Numbered from the stretch's first letter, positions 38,125-51,625 are shown. The stretch: DNA of 64,000 nucleotides from Eledone cirrhosa (GCA_964016885.1 OZ024743.1:333002001-333066000), one strand, 5' to 3'. Program-made: numbers and translations. Notes: generated from the letters alone by a model not told the origin.

Positions 38125-39704
38125 CATTCTGTAGCTTAGAGGACTACTAAATATGAGTGGTATTTACAGTACTTATGTCCAATCCAGGCCAGCATGATGA
38201 TGATGATGATAATAATGAGGATGACTAAATCGACCCCAGTACTTAACTGGTGCGTTATTTTATTAACCCTGTAATGACAAAAGGCAAAGTTAACCTGGGT
38301 GGGAATTGAACTCAGAATGTATACAGCTGGTCCAAATGCCACAAGTTATTTTGTCTACCAAAACTTTAATGATTCTACCAACTGCCCATCCACCACAACA
38401 ACACTAGAAAATGTAAAAGTCATCTAAAGCTCACCTATATTTACTTCTCAAGTGTAAAAGTCTAAAATCTCAAACCCTGTGGCTTATCAGGCCAATGCTT
38501 ATCCAGGTTTCCATGGCAAACATCTAAAGTCTGTTTCAAACCCTGAGGCTCATCAGGCCAGTGCTTGTCCTGATTTCTGTGGTGTTAAGTGACAGAGAAC
38601 AAGACTCCCTCCTGGACAAGGACACCAGTTCAGCGCAAGGTTAAACCGCCAGCTATTGCTGGTACTCGTTTTCAGCTGAGTATACTGGAACAACATGAAC
38701 TGAAGTGTTTTGTTCAAGAACACAACACACAACCCAGTCCAGGAATCAAACCCACGGCATTAGAATCATTAAGTCAAACATCCTTACCACTAGGCCAGAC
38801 GCCTCTACCGTATAGATTCACACATTATTCTATATATACTATTATATTTTCATGGTAAAGGCTTTACCTCGCATAATTATCTCACATAATATCAAATCTA
38901 TGAGACTTTGAAAGTATTTATATTGAGAACAAAACCTTAACATCAGTTTGAGTGACCAGTTACAGCCAGTTGCAACAGAAAGAGGTAGAGAATTCTGGCC
39001 AGTTTTAACACTAAAAGGTTAAATTACCAAGTGAATCATTAGTTGCTATCAGACACACTAGTTTGTCTAAGTGGAATATTTCTAAGATGCATGAAAAGTG
39101 AGAGTTATGGCTATCCCCAGGAAACACCCTCTCTCAACCTCTTAACAGTTTAGGTAGTTCTGTTAGTTTCTCAAGCTCTTCTTAGACACTACTAACTACT
39201 GACTACACTAGCTTACATTAACTCTGACTAAGTAAACAACATAACACAACCTCATCCTATTTTTAGCAAACTATTGTTATGAATCAAGATGTGTTAGCTG
39301 CACAGTCTGCTGTCATACAGGCATACAAATGCTTGTGTAGAACAACACACACAACCCCTTTGTTACTGCATTTCTTATGAAAAACACTACCTCCTATGGT
39401 TTTCCTATCATTTTGAAAATAAGAATTTGGAGAGATTTAATAATATAACTTTCTTATTAATCTGGTGTTAGGATCATAACTTAATAAAGATTCTTACATA
39501 AAATTATGATGGAAGATGATTCGATAAATATAAACACTTCAAAATATACAGTTTTGTATCAGAACTAAAGGTAGTTTTAAGCAGTTTAGTATGAAAAGGG
39601 TTAGAGATAGTTCCTTAGTTGACCCTTAATTTTGTTTTAGCTATCATAACTAAAGCAATGCCACGTTGGAGCACTACCTCTTGGTATTTACATACATTTA
39701 CAGA

Positions 39705-40091
39705 AGGCACATGGCTTAGTGGTTAGAGCATTGGCCTTGCAATCGAAAGGTTGTGAGTTCAATTCTCAGACCGGGTGATGTGTTGTTTCCTTGAGCAAGA
39801 CACTTTATTTCACATTGCTCCAGTTTACTCAGCTGTAGAAATGAGATGATAGGGACTGGGGTCTCTATCATTCCACTGCAAAGTGGTCGTGGAGGTGCCA
39901 CGGCAAAAAAGCACCCAGCCCACACTGTAAAGTGGACATGTAGGTGCCATGAGAAAAAAGCACCCAGCACTCACTGTAAATGAGGTTGGTGTTAGGAAGG
40001 GCATCCAGCTGTAGAAATCAAGCCAGAATCAGTTCCCGTCCCACCCTTGCAATCAGGGAAAAGTGGACGTAAAATGAAATGATGATGATGA
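39705..40091 (+). mobile_element. SINE family A with an extra internal ~48-bp unit
   Basis: Near-identical to the other copies, with a duplicated aaagcacccagc segment. Confidence 0.88.
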
Positions 40092-40869
40092 TTTACATAA
40101 ACAAATAAACATAGAAATTTCAATAGATATTGCAGCAGCAGTTAACAAAGCACAGGTGTTCTTTAAACACAAAAATACTACATAAATACCTCAAATCTTA
40201 ATTCCCCCTCTCACACTGTCTCTGTCTATATACCCTTTACTCTCACTCTCTCTCACACACACACACACACATATATACTATATTATAAACAAACTGAAGC
40301 TAAATACATGAAAATAAATACACATATCAGCAAGACCAAGTTGTGTTTCTTTAAACTGGCCGACTTAATAAGTAGAGCAAAGTTCTTCATAAGCCAGCAG
40401 AATGAAATGAAGGTTGGGCTCAATGCCTGGCAGATTAAATCTACTCACAGTAATAAAGAGACAAGCTATCAACATTCAGTGAAAGTTCATAGGATTTCAG
40501 CTGTTCCATATTTAACTGCATGATATTACTGCAAAGTACATAAAAAACACAGCCATAGCTGTATTCATCATCATCACCATTTAACGTCCACTTTTTCACG
40601 CTAGCATAGGTTAGGAAGAGCATCCAACCGTAGAAACCAAGTCCAAACCAGTCCTGTATGAGCAAGTCATGGTCATTGGACCTGGCTTGTCTCACAACGG
40701 AGCAACTCATCTAACCGATGCTAGCGGTGATGATGATAGTTACACTATAATTCAATAAGCAAGCAGTTCAGTTGACCAAACGACTGAAATACACATCATT
40801 GCTACTGATGGAGGATCCCATTTACATTTTATATAGCAAACTAGCTAGCGGTGTATTTACAGATATATT

Positions 40870-41549
40870 TCGTTGGCTGTGTAATAGTAATATACACAAA
40901 CAGCAAAACATAAACAAACTAAGTGAGAAATTAGGAATAAGAGGGATCAGATGCTGTTTACTTGAGAAGAGATTATGTTGGTATGGTCAAGTGAAAGACG
41001 ACAACTGTATAAAAAAACGCATGAAAGACGACAACTGTATAAAAAAATGCAGGGCGATCAAAATTGATGGAAGCTATGGAGTAGGTAGACCCAGAAAAAC
41101 CTGGGAAGACATGATAAAATCTGACCTTGCACACTTACACCTCTCTAAGACAATGTCACTGGATCGAGACCTTTGGCATTACGTACTAATACAGAAAACC
41201 CGCCTTCCCTTACATACGAAGTTAAACCTAGTCAGTAGGCACCTCTTAACTAAATATACACCCACCCCACTACCCCATCCTCCCACCCCACCCTTTCTCT
41301 GTAAAGTTATGTTGGTACCACAACATCCAATCCACGCTGTAAAGTGGTAGTGTAGGAGACAAGGTAAAAGGCTTCCAGTCTACACTGTAAATGTGGTTGG
41401 TATTAGGAAGGGTATCCAGCCGTAGAAAACCTGCCAGATACAGCCCTATATGAGTGAGACACAGTCACTCAACCAATCTTGCCTCAAGTGGGACAATTCC
41501 TGTCTAACCCATGCTAGCGTGGAAGATAGACGTTAAACGGTGATGATGA
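40870..41549 (+). mobile_element. RTE 3' fragment
   Basis: Same family as 20258-23255; (GAT)n tail. Confidence 0.85.
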
Positions 41550-43664
41550 TTTGGGTGACAGGCATGGCTGAGAGGTTAAGCACTTCACTTTGCAACCATG
41601 TAGTTCTGGGTTCAGCCCCACTATGTGGCACTATTACTATAGTTTTGGCATGACCAATGACTTGTCAGTGGAATTTGGTAGACAGAAACTGTAGAAGCCT
41701 ATCATGAGTTTATATATATATATAAAGATAGAACCAGTTTGAAACTAGTTAGACTATTACTCAACAGAGTACTTGATACTTGGTGTAATAGAGTGTGGCA
41801 ATATTGTAAAGAGTTGAGACCCAACAGCTGAGTTCTTGCTGTTTCAACAGTTAATCCCAGGCTCTGGAACTAGCTGTTGAAACAGCAAGAGCTCAGCCGT
41901 CGGGCTCCCGACTCTTTATAATATATATATATACTTCATTTTTCTATTTGTTTTGCAAGAATTCTTATCTGAAAATGTGTGTTGAAACAAATATTGTTGT
42001 ACTTTGGGAGGGTCATGCTGCTAATAAAAACACATACACCTGTTGGTTTTCACTTCATTTTATTACAAACTTCCAATCAGTTAGTTTAATAACCGGATGG
42101 TTGTTTATTTGTTTATTGTCAAAGCTCTTTCGTCACACATTGTGACCTTCTCGGTGACTAATTTGAGACACAAAATAACAAATATATGTGTGTGCATGTG
42201 TGTCCTATAACCTTGTGGTTCAACAAAAAAGAGATTGATAAAATAAGTACTAGGGGCTGACTAAATTAATGTTATGCCCCAGCATGACCTGAGTAGTAAA
42301 AGAATAAAAGTAGAATATATTACTTATATGAAAGAGACAAAGGTTAAGTTGGACTTGAACATTCTAAAGTTTATTATCTATACAAGTTTATTATCTATAT
42401 TATCTATAAAGTTTATTATCTATACAAGATATAGATAATAAACATGCATAGATGTGTTCCACCCTCCCCCAACACAACATTTATTTAACTCTTAATATCC
42501 TGAAATAATTTAATGATAAAATGTCTAAAAACAGGTTTGTTATATCAAATGTCTATACTATATTTACAAGTGGACAGATTGCTGTGAAAATTAGCAGTGA
42601 ACTAAAGAGAAGGCCTTAATTTTGAATGTGATGCAGTCATAGTGTTGTTTTGTACTTTCCAAGAATGTCATGCTAATGTGGTTTCATGAGGTTTGTTAAT
42701 TCAAATGTTTAGAGTATCTTTTAATAGTGAACAGATGAGCAAGACACTGTCACTTGACCTGACTTAGTGCATAACATGACAATCTGTCTAACTCATGTAA
42801 GTGTGGAAAACAGACGTTAAATGGTGATGATGATGATGAGACAGCCAGATGTGGCTGGAACAGGTAAAAGAGTAAAACTAAAGTGAAAACTCTAATCTTT
42901 AATGTGATTGTGTCATAGTGAGGGTAGGCCACTCATCTGGGATGTCACATGCTGTGAGACCTTCTCTAACAGCAACTTGGTGCATTCAGCTACCAACCAA
43001 GGCTCCACTGCCTGCCAAGTCCAAGAGGGCAACTGTCAAAGTATCAGCCACTCTATGATATATTTGTGGTTGAGCCTCTGTCAGTGAAGACTTCTGGCCA
43101 CATCCCTGCTCACTGCTATCAAAGCGGAGTTGGCAGTCTGCAAGTGCAAGCCCCAGGTGGAGTGGCTGCTTCAGCGTGTCTCCATCACCATCCTCAAGGA
43201 CGTCTTCTCCATCCTGTCAGCTGGGGGACCACAAGCCGGACTGACTCTTAAGTCTCATCTATGGTGTTGACGTAAGTATAATTAGTTACAACAGTGACAT
43301 GTACAGGTATTTAAGTTTCGTTGCGTGAGACCGTACATAAATGAGACACAGATCCCTGCGTTGCTTGGGAGATTAGTGGCTCCACTTCAGGACAGTCTTG
43401 GACCCATCCAACCCTTGCTAGCAGGGAAAGCAGACGTTAAAACGACAATGATAATGATATATATATAAATGTGAGTCCCGGGTTCAATCGGGGGAGTAAC
43501 CACAGTAAGTAAGTTACTAAATACATTAGTAGAGTGTATACAACAAATTTAATATAGGGATGGCTTCTACAAGAGTAGAACAGTTTCATTCAAAGGAAAT
43601 CATACTCGATGATTTCCTTGAAATGAAACCCAGTCCTGTAGAAGCCATCTCTATATTAAATTTG

Positions 43665-43722
<58 letters not shown>

Positions 43723-43762
43723 TTCAAAATATTAACAAAATAGATATTCTTGTGACCAATTA

Positions 43763-43829
43763 TATTTTATTATACATATTTCAGAGGTACTGAGTTAAGT
43801 TCAACAGTACGTCCTCATCAGATAAAATA
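43763..43829 (-). ncRNA. Type I minimal hammerhead ribozyme (Penelope-like)
   Basis: UAUUUUAU-CUGAUGA-GGACGUACUG..CAGUACCUCU-GAAA-UAUGUA-UA/AUAAAAUA: 8-bp stem I, 9 of 10 pairs in stem II, quasi-palindromic stem III. Confidence 0.8.
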
Positions 43830-43849
43830 AGATGATGCATGACATACCC

Positions 43850-46555
43850 TGACATAGTAGAGGGTTAAGATTCAGTCATGGTAGTGATTAACTTATGAAA
43901 AAACTCAATATTTATACCCTAATATTGAGAACATGAGATAACATAATACAAACAATAGAGAGGGTGCGTGTAGTAGAGCTTAAGAAATACATGGCACCAA
44001 TATAACAGTTATAACATTTTTTTATTTTTAAAAACTACTGGAGAAAGAGGAGGGAAAGGAAAGCATAGAGGAAGAAACAGCTGATGTGATAATATATTTA
44101 GTAGGTGGCTTGAAAAAACAGATGAAAAATGATTAAAGAGATAGAGAGACAAAGGGGAGTAATTTATGTTCAAGTTTATATACACAGATTTCCATATATG
44201 CAACACATGTCCAAATTAATATAGTTGGCGGTTAATTTTCAAAATATTTAATTTAAGTTATTTCAGAGTAATGAATACTGTTTTAGGTTTTAAAAGTTAA
44301 TAGGTATTTGTATTAATATTATAATTATGTTTAATTTCTAAAATTCAAATTTTATGAAAACAAATTTAAAGGATTTACGAAACACGAGAAAGAAAATATA
44401 TATATAATGCTTTTATATCTTCACGAAGGTAATCTTTACCAAAATTATTTATAATATTGACAACAGTTTATATAATATAATTTATAAAATAATTATAGTT
44501 ATAATTATTAAAGAATTTATTGTTAAATAGTTTGAGTGCCTAAAGTATCAACCGGTCTTATAACTAAACTTAAAGAAGTCCGAATGTTTAATTATATATA
44601 TGTTGATAAAAAAATACAAAGATTATAGTTTATTATTTGTTTATAATTGAGGTGATACCTTTCAAATATATATAATATAATACAATAATGCAATATAGTA
44701 ATTAAGTTACTGAAAATATTGTTCAAAAATATATATAGTTAAAAAATGTTGTTAAAAATATTGCTAAAGAATTAATGTTTTATATCAATTATTTTCACTT
44801 AGTTGATATCTATATATATAAAACTGTGGTTGTCTGTCTGTCTATCGATTTTTGGCACACATCTCCTCTTAGAATCTCTCACGGAATTGCACCGAAATTG
44901 CTATACTTGTACATTGAGCCCTAGCGAAGACATCGGAAAAAAAAAATTTCAAATTGACCTACCCTATGTGACGAAATCGAATATAATGTATCGATTTTTG
45001 AGCGTAAGTTATCAGTTATTTCCCTTTGTTCTGTTTACATTGAGCGTCTTACGTAAAAAATTACGCTGGCTTTAACAGTTGTCGAGCCAGCAAAATATTG
45101 ACCTGCAAAATTCATCAGTTCGAACACTAAGCTTCCGTTTTGCTTCATTTCCATTTAAAAGCATTTTAAAACAATATTTTTACTTGAAAACAAGTCTATT
45201 TAAAGACTACGTAAAACAAGAAAATATTTCGTCGTTAGGCGTGCAGACAGACAGTCGTGCAGAGAGGTGATATAGGCGTGCAGACAGACATAACTGATAA
45301 TTTGGTTACGCTAATGTTTTTCTCTGCGTTGCAGTGTTTACATTTTCGATCTTTGTTAATAAATAACCAGTGCAGTTTCTATCCCCAGCATCCTCTTTTG
45401 TTATAACATTCGGGTTATCGTTATGTTTTCTTAACTTCATAAGGCATATTGTTGGTTGAGGGAATATTAATCAAAAACACCACATGCAAGTCTGCACAGT
45501 AGACACTACAGTTTTTAAGCCAAGAAAGAAACTTAACATTGTAACTTTAACACAGCTACTGAGGGACCCCGAGCAACGCCGGGCTTTACTGCTAGTATAC
45601 TATAAAGATATAAGTCAAAACTATATGAGTCCTAATGATAGGGGCTAGATACAAAATAAATATACAAATAAAAGAAAATGAATTGTTTGCGAAACTTAAA
45701 GATGCCCAATATTAAAAATATATTATAAATGTAATAGGGTTTTAATATAGTATACAAAAGATATATCTAAAATATTTTAGCGAATGAGAGGAGCTAAATA
45801 TTTGAAAAAGCCGAAGGTAATCTAAATTTAATTAAAATAAAATAGATTATATTATATTAAGTAAATGGAATATTAAGTAAAGGGAATATCAAACACTTAT
45901 AATATATAGTCATTTGAGTGTCTAAATCATTTATAAATGTAACTACGATTATGTTATTACACTAGATAAAGATATTTGTACAACTATATAGAGATATTAT
46001 TATAGGTATACATTTAATAAAATATAATAATTATAATCATTATTAGTAATGCTATAATTGTAGTTTTACCTCCAGTTCAGTGGAGAGATAGACCAATATT
46101 TGTCGGCTATTATGGTTTGTTATATTTATACCTAAATATATATAAAAAATAAATGCAAATTTAACTTTCTGAGTCCCCCCAAAACATATTCAAAATGAGT
46201 AAAATATATAAAATATTAAATAAATAAAATATGCAAACGTATGAATGATCCACAGTTCAATTATAATCAGTAAATTTACAAGTTAAATATCCAAACTATA
46301 TATTTAAAACAGAGACAGATAAATAAGATCTGAATCAAAATTATAAATATCCAAAAAATCATAAGGTAGGTATATTTATCAAGTAAACAAGTTATCAAAC
46401 GAGTGTCCTTCATTCTAACATTAATTCTACCATAGATGATTAGAAGATAAAGCATTATTAAAGTTTTATAAACCGTTATGACTTTTTATGCCCAACAGTT
46501 CATAAGAGACGTCAAAAATCAGGCCTGATTGTTTACTGTTTTTTCCTGACTTTCT
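43850..46555 (+). mobile_element. Very AT-rich tract, possibly a decayed Penelope-like coding region, interrupted by the Helitron
   Basis: Lies between a hammerhead/(TA)n and another (TA)n. Only faint RT-like peptide traces; no intact motif. Confidence 0.3.
44809..45595 (+). mobile_element. Non-autonomous Helitron (787 bp)
   Basis: A|TCTATATATATAAAA 5' end with (GTCT)n, subterminal hairpin cccgagcaacgccggg, CTAG|T 3' end, no TSD. Confidence 0.88.
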
Positions 46556-46742
46556 CTTTTTATATATATACATATATATATATGGAATAGAATGAAACGA
46601 AATTTCATTTCTCACTCTTAGTACGGCACTTACTTAAATGTAAGTATGTATGTATGTATACGTACATACATATATGTATACAGACGTACAGTAGTATGTA
46701 TATATATACATACATGCACACATATATATAGGCACGTATCGG

Positions 46743-46960
46743 TTTACCGAACATTTATTATAATGTTCGGTTTGTTTGTTTGTAAACAAACAAACAGCTC
46801 GAATTACGCCGTACAGTGTTTAGGCAACCACGTCACCTTTTTTGTTCAACACTGACACAGGAACGATGTACTAGTTTCAAGCTTATTAGTTATGATCAGC
46901 ATCGTATACCTTCCCTTTGCATATCGAGTGGGTTCAGTCGGCCGGGCACACCGAAAACGA
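46743..46960 (+). mobile_element. Helentron-associated (HINE/DINE-like) element
   Basis: 5' hairpin accgaacatt/aatgttcggt, then (TTTG)n; 3' gttcagt subterminal repeat with tcgg..ccga stem-loop. Confidence 0.45.
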
Positions 46961-47068
46961 TAAATGGAATAGAATGAAACGAAATTTCATTTCTCACTCT
47001 TAGTACGGCACTTACTTAAATGTAAGCATGTATGTATACGTACATACATATATGTATACAGACGTACA

Positions 47069-47111
<43 letters not shown>

Positions 47112-47699
47112 TTTCTACTTTAGGCACAAGGCCAGCAATTACCCAGTGCATTACTGGTACTTTATTTTATCGACCCCGGCGGGATTTGAACTCAGAGTAT
47201 ATACAACGAAGGAAATATGGTAAGGAACCAGATGGACCATAACGCACCAAAGTACTCAATACTTAGGGTAGTAGAGTGGGTAATAGGAACAAGTATGACC
47301 CCGACGGCAGAGCTCGAAACGGCTTGAGCTCTGCCGTCAGGGTCATACTTGTTCCTATATATATATATATATATATATAAAAGAGAGAGAGAGAGAGATA
47401 TATATTCAACTACGCCTTTTCCTTAACGCATGGTTCCATTCTACATAGCATATTTAACACTTAACCTCCTGTACCACATGATGCCACATTAACAAGACAT
47501 TCTTCAAAAGTACAAAATGGCACTGTGACCTAATCACATTAAAAATCAAATAGTAATTACTGTAACAGTACGAGTTTTTCAATCAATCTGTCCACCAGTA
47601 AAGATACTATAAACATTTGAATTAATAAAGCCATTTTTTAAAAGATATTTTCAGCTAAATCATCAGAGGATGTTAATATTTGAAGGTGAAATGGTTTAA

Positions 47700-49780
47700 T
47701 AGCAGCAGTAGTAAACAACAAGGTATCATAGGACGCGACAAGTTAGCTTTTCACACCCCTTAACCCCTACCTCATTAATGTGGATATAAGTTGTCATGAT
47801 GAAAGAATGGTATTTAACTAATGTAGTGGTACGTGATGGGGCCCACCCACAGCCCCGGCGGACAGAATGGAGAAGGCGTTTCCCCGGAGGACGGCAAGGG
47901 AGACGCGCTGGAAAAGCCACTCCAACTCGCAGGGCTCACACCTGCGGCTGGCCAGCTCAGCGCCTATGGTGGTGAGTAAGGAGGTAGCCCTGGGGCCGAG
48001 GACACCAGAAGTTTCCACTGCCAGGGGAACGACGGCAAACCTGTCGGAGAGCAACCGATATTTGAGGAGTTTGGCCCCCTCAGCCCGACGTGCAGCAGAA
48101 CCTGGGTCAGTCGTAGACTGCACCAGGTTGCGGCTGCAGAAAGTGTTGGTGCAAGTGGCATCCCAGACGAGAGGTTTGCCATCTGGCCTTTTGCCGTCTC
48201 CTCGATCCAGCCCTACCGGCTCGAGATGGGAAGGGAAGCCTGCAGCGTCCAAGCCATGCTTAATGACCTCGTTGGGGGCAGTATGGCGTGGAATGCGGCC
48301 GGCATTGTGGCGACAGGAAAGCAGGTGGAGGCCAAAAGAGTCCACGGTAGAACCGCAGCGATATTGGTGTAGCTGGCAGATGCGGAGGCCGAGCCTCAGG
48401 GAAACGCCGATTCGCAGGCTATGGTTGTCTAGCTGTGTGCCAGTGGAGACGGAGGGCAGATCATGGAGCCAGGCACCACTGTGGATACAAGTATCGAGGT
48501 CAGCGAGGAGAGATGTCTGGGTGTAGCATGGAGCGCTGCGGAGTGTATAGAGGAGCTTCGGCATGGCGAAGCAGTTCCTCAGCAGAAAGAGAGCTGGGTG
48601 GCCGTCAATCAAGCCCAGTCGGCTCGTGAGAGTCTGGAGCTGTTGAAGCCAAGACCTGATGGTGGAGCAGATGGCCGGCAGGTGGATCGGTGACCCAAGG
48701 ACATCCTCTTTGGGGGTCACCTGAACCTGGCGGAGAATGGACCGCACGTCCAAGAAGGAGGCTGCAAAGCTCGCAGCATCGAGGCTGACGTTCACCACCT
48801 CCGACTTGGCCGAGTTGACCTGGAGGCCGATTCCCGCCAGGGCAGGAATCACCGATTGAAGGTCTTGGCAGACCGTCCGTACGGGCCCGCCCAACGTAGC
48901 ATCATCCAGATACCAAACGTTGAGAGGGGCCGTGATACTCCAGGCGATGTGGTCAATACCAAGGGCGAACAGGAGGGGTCCCAAAGGGTCGCCCTGTTGG
49001 ACCCTAGTAGCTGAGGGTATGACAGTATCAGCAGCTAGGAGCATGCTCGGGGCTCCATCTAACAGGTAGGCTGGCGGGTAGGCAGAGGGGGCTTGGCTGA
49101 GGCAGGCCTCGAGCAGATGCTCCCGGCATAAAGAGTTGAAGGCATTCCTCATGTCAAGCTTGACAATGAGGTGCCTGGAGTCCCTGGATGCCGGTACCGA
49201 TGGGCAGCTGCTGAAGAACTGCCTGATTGCATGAGAGGCTCCCTCACAGTCACCGGACACGCCGACACCCAGTTGCACTGGACTAAACTCCTCACCCAGT
49301 TCGTGTGTGACGGACTTGCAGATCACCTTGGCAGCCAGCCTCCGAAGACATTGCCCACAGCAATGGGGCGTATGCCACCCTCCTTCTTCTTGAGAGTGGT
49401 GAGGCTGGGCACGCTTGGAATGGGCGCTCGCCCAAATGATGAGACATTGGCCTTGACGAAGGCTGCTGTTGACCGGCCGCCCCGGTCAGCGCCAGAGCTG
49501 CGGAGGCCGAGGGTGAGTGGGGCGAAATAGAACAGCCGCTCCCAGTCACTGGCTCGATTGGAGTCCAGGGCGCTCTCAATCGAGGAAGCGAGGGCACCCG
49601 TGCCGCTCTCGGGATCCTGAGTGGGATCTTCCGGAGCCGCCTGAGCCGAGCGATGTTGACCAGCGAGGCTTGGGCATCAGGCAAGCTCGCTGTCCCACCG
49701 AGCGGCATCAGGGGTGGGTGGCTGGTGTGTGTGGGTGGAAGGGAAAGTGCTGGTAAGAGGGCAGCATAGTTCACCTATAT
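47700..49780 (-). mobile_element. Internally deleted CRE-clade non-LTR retrotransposon (RT + restriction-like endonuclease)
   Basis: GC-rich island. KKKDGGIRPIAVGN, LDMRNAFNS, QQGDPLGPLLF, WYLDD, CCHC-like RCG..HLLSC, RH, RPDG..LVWDAT; frameshift near 49340. Confidence 0.88.
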
Positions 49781-49939
49781 ATATGGAGGTGCCAGAAAAC
49801 GAGAGCGAAAAGGGGCTGCATGGAGAGGGAGAGACAGGAAGGTAGAATGGCAGTAAATGAATGAGTGAATGGATGTACCCCTACTACTTTCTATCAACTC
49901 TATTGCACACAACCCGGTGGGTCTGGGAGTTAATGTAGA

Positions 49940-50046
49940 GAAAGAAGGGAGGGGAGATAGAGAAGAGAAAAGAGAGAAAGGAGAAAAAAGAGGGAAGAGA
50001 TTAAAGAGAAAGAGGAGGGAGATGAGAGAGAGAGAGAGGGGGGGGG

Positions 50047-50132
<86 letters not shown>
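49940..50132. repeat. Polypurine / (GA)n microsatellite
   Basis: Direct reading. Confidence 0.95.
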
Positions 50133-50135
<3 letters not shown>

Positions 50136-50419
50136 ACAAGTAAGCAGTACCTAAGGAGGATAGGGAGATAGGTATGATGACAGACATTGTTATATATTCT
50201 ACTAAATTGCTCTGCTGCTAAAATGGGACTTATGTGATTTTGAAGCTGTGCACAAGAAAATGCCAGGCAGACACGCAGAACACTTAGAATATAGACAACC
50301 AGCCAATCACTAACCACACAAGCCCTTAAACTTTGACATATTTATTGTAAGTTATTGTTGTTTATTTACAAACGATATGAGATCATCAACTTGAAAAACA
50401 ACTGAGGCAAACATGAACC

Positions 50420-50810
50420 AACGAGGGAGCTTTATACGTGGTTGTTTGACCTGCTAAAAATAGCAGCCACATCTCCTTCAAATCATGTACCCTACAGTTT
50501 TGAAAAAGGAAAAGCACAGTAGTCATGCCAGGAACGACTTTGATCAAAGGTTTGCTGAATCAGGACTGACCTAGTACTAAACAGCAAATAATGAGAATAA
50601 AATTCAAACTAAAATAAAACGATCATTATCAAATAAACACTAGTGTTTACTAACAAGGCTGCTTCTACATGGTCGTCCGACTTGCTAGAAATATCGACCA
50701 AATCTCCATCAAATCATACACCCTACCCTCTTAAAAAAGGAATGACACATCGAATAATGTTGCCCTAGATGCATTGTGACTATCAGATCCGCCATGGAGA
50801 TAAACAACAA
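50420..50810 (+). repeat. Unclassified dispersed repeat (ttgctagaaatagcagccaaatctc core); copies at about 7290-7350, 33230-33290, 55260-55320, 55720-56010
   Basis: Recurrent core on both strands, often tandemly repeated. Confidence 0.55.
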
Positions 50811-50991
50811 TATTTAAAATGTTAAACTTTAGACCAAGTATATAAACATTAATACCCCTGCATGAAATATATGCTAATACTAACTTGATTATTCTTTTAC
50901 AAGCTTCAGTCGACTACGGCCATGCTGGTACTAACATTTTCTTTTCAAATCTGGTATTTATTTTATCGATCTTTTTTGTCGAACCATTATA

Positions 50992-51034
<43 letters not shown>

Positions 51035-51254
51035 TCAGTTGAAATACGGATAATGGAATTAGATAATAAAATGAAAATGTACGAATAAAACCATCTCTTA
51101 GTGTGTGTGTGTGTGTGCGCGCGCGGGTGTGCGTGCGTGTGTGTGTGATACTGTGGACTATAAAATCACATTTGAGCTTTGAATTATTCTTTGCCTTATA
51201 TGGTTGTGTTATCAACTCGTCTACACTATTTTATATAAATGAAGGGCTGATTAA

Positions 51255-51625
51255 CTGGTGCGTGTATACGAACAGCAATGTTACACAGTAGTGAGACCTG
51301 GGCGCTGTGAGCACCTGCGAAGATTGGAAAGAAATGAAGTTGGCGTGCTTTGATCGATGTGTAATACATGAATGACAAAGCATAAATGAACTAAGAGAGA
51401 AACTGGACATAAAAGGGATCAGATGCAGCGTGCAGGAGAGTAGATTGCATCGGTATTGACATATGCTGGATGACAGCTGTATTAAAAGGTGCAGGACACA
51501 GTTGATGTAAGCTATGGAGTAGGAAGACTTGGGATGAGGTGATAAAAGCTGACCTTGCAGAATTGCACCTCTCGAAGGATTGAGATCTCTGGCGTAATGC
51601 AGTAATAGAGAAGAGCCACCTTCCC
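51255..51625 (+). mobile_element. Degraded RTE 3' fragment
   Basis: cgaacagcaatgttacacagtagtgagacctggg (MLHxSETW region). Confidence 0.7.

Noticed and set aside
38525-38560. CTGATGA..GAAAC on the minus strand
   Set aside because: Part of the SINE family B tail. The other copy reads GAGAC, and no stem I or III forms.
47750-47775. Telomere-like cccttaacccct
   Set aside because: Single imperfect unit, not a (TTAGGG)n array.
47867-48526. 219-aa plus-strand ORF
   Set aside because: Antisense shadow of the GC-rich CRE ORF.
49775-50317. 180-aa and 100-aa ORFs
   Set aside because: Translations of the (GA)n/(TC)n microsatellite.
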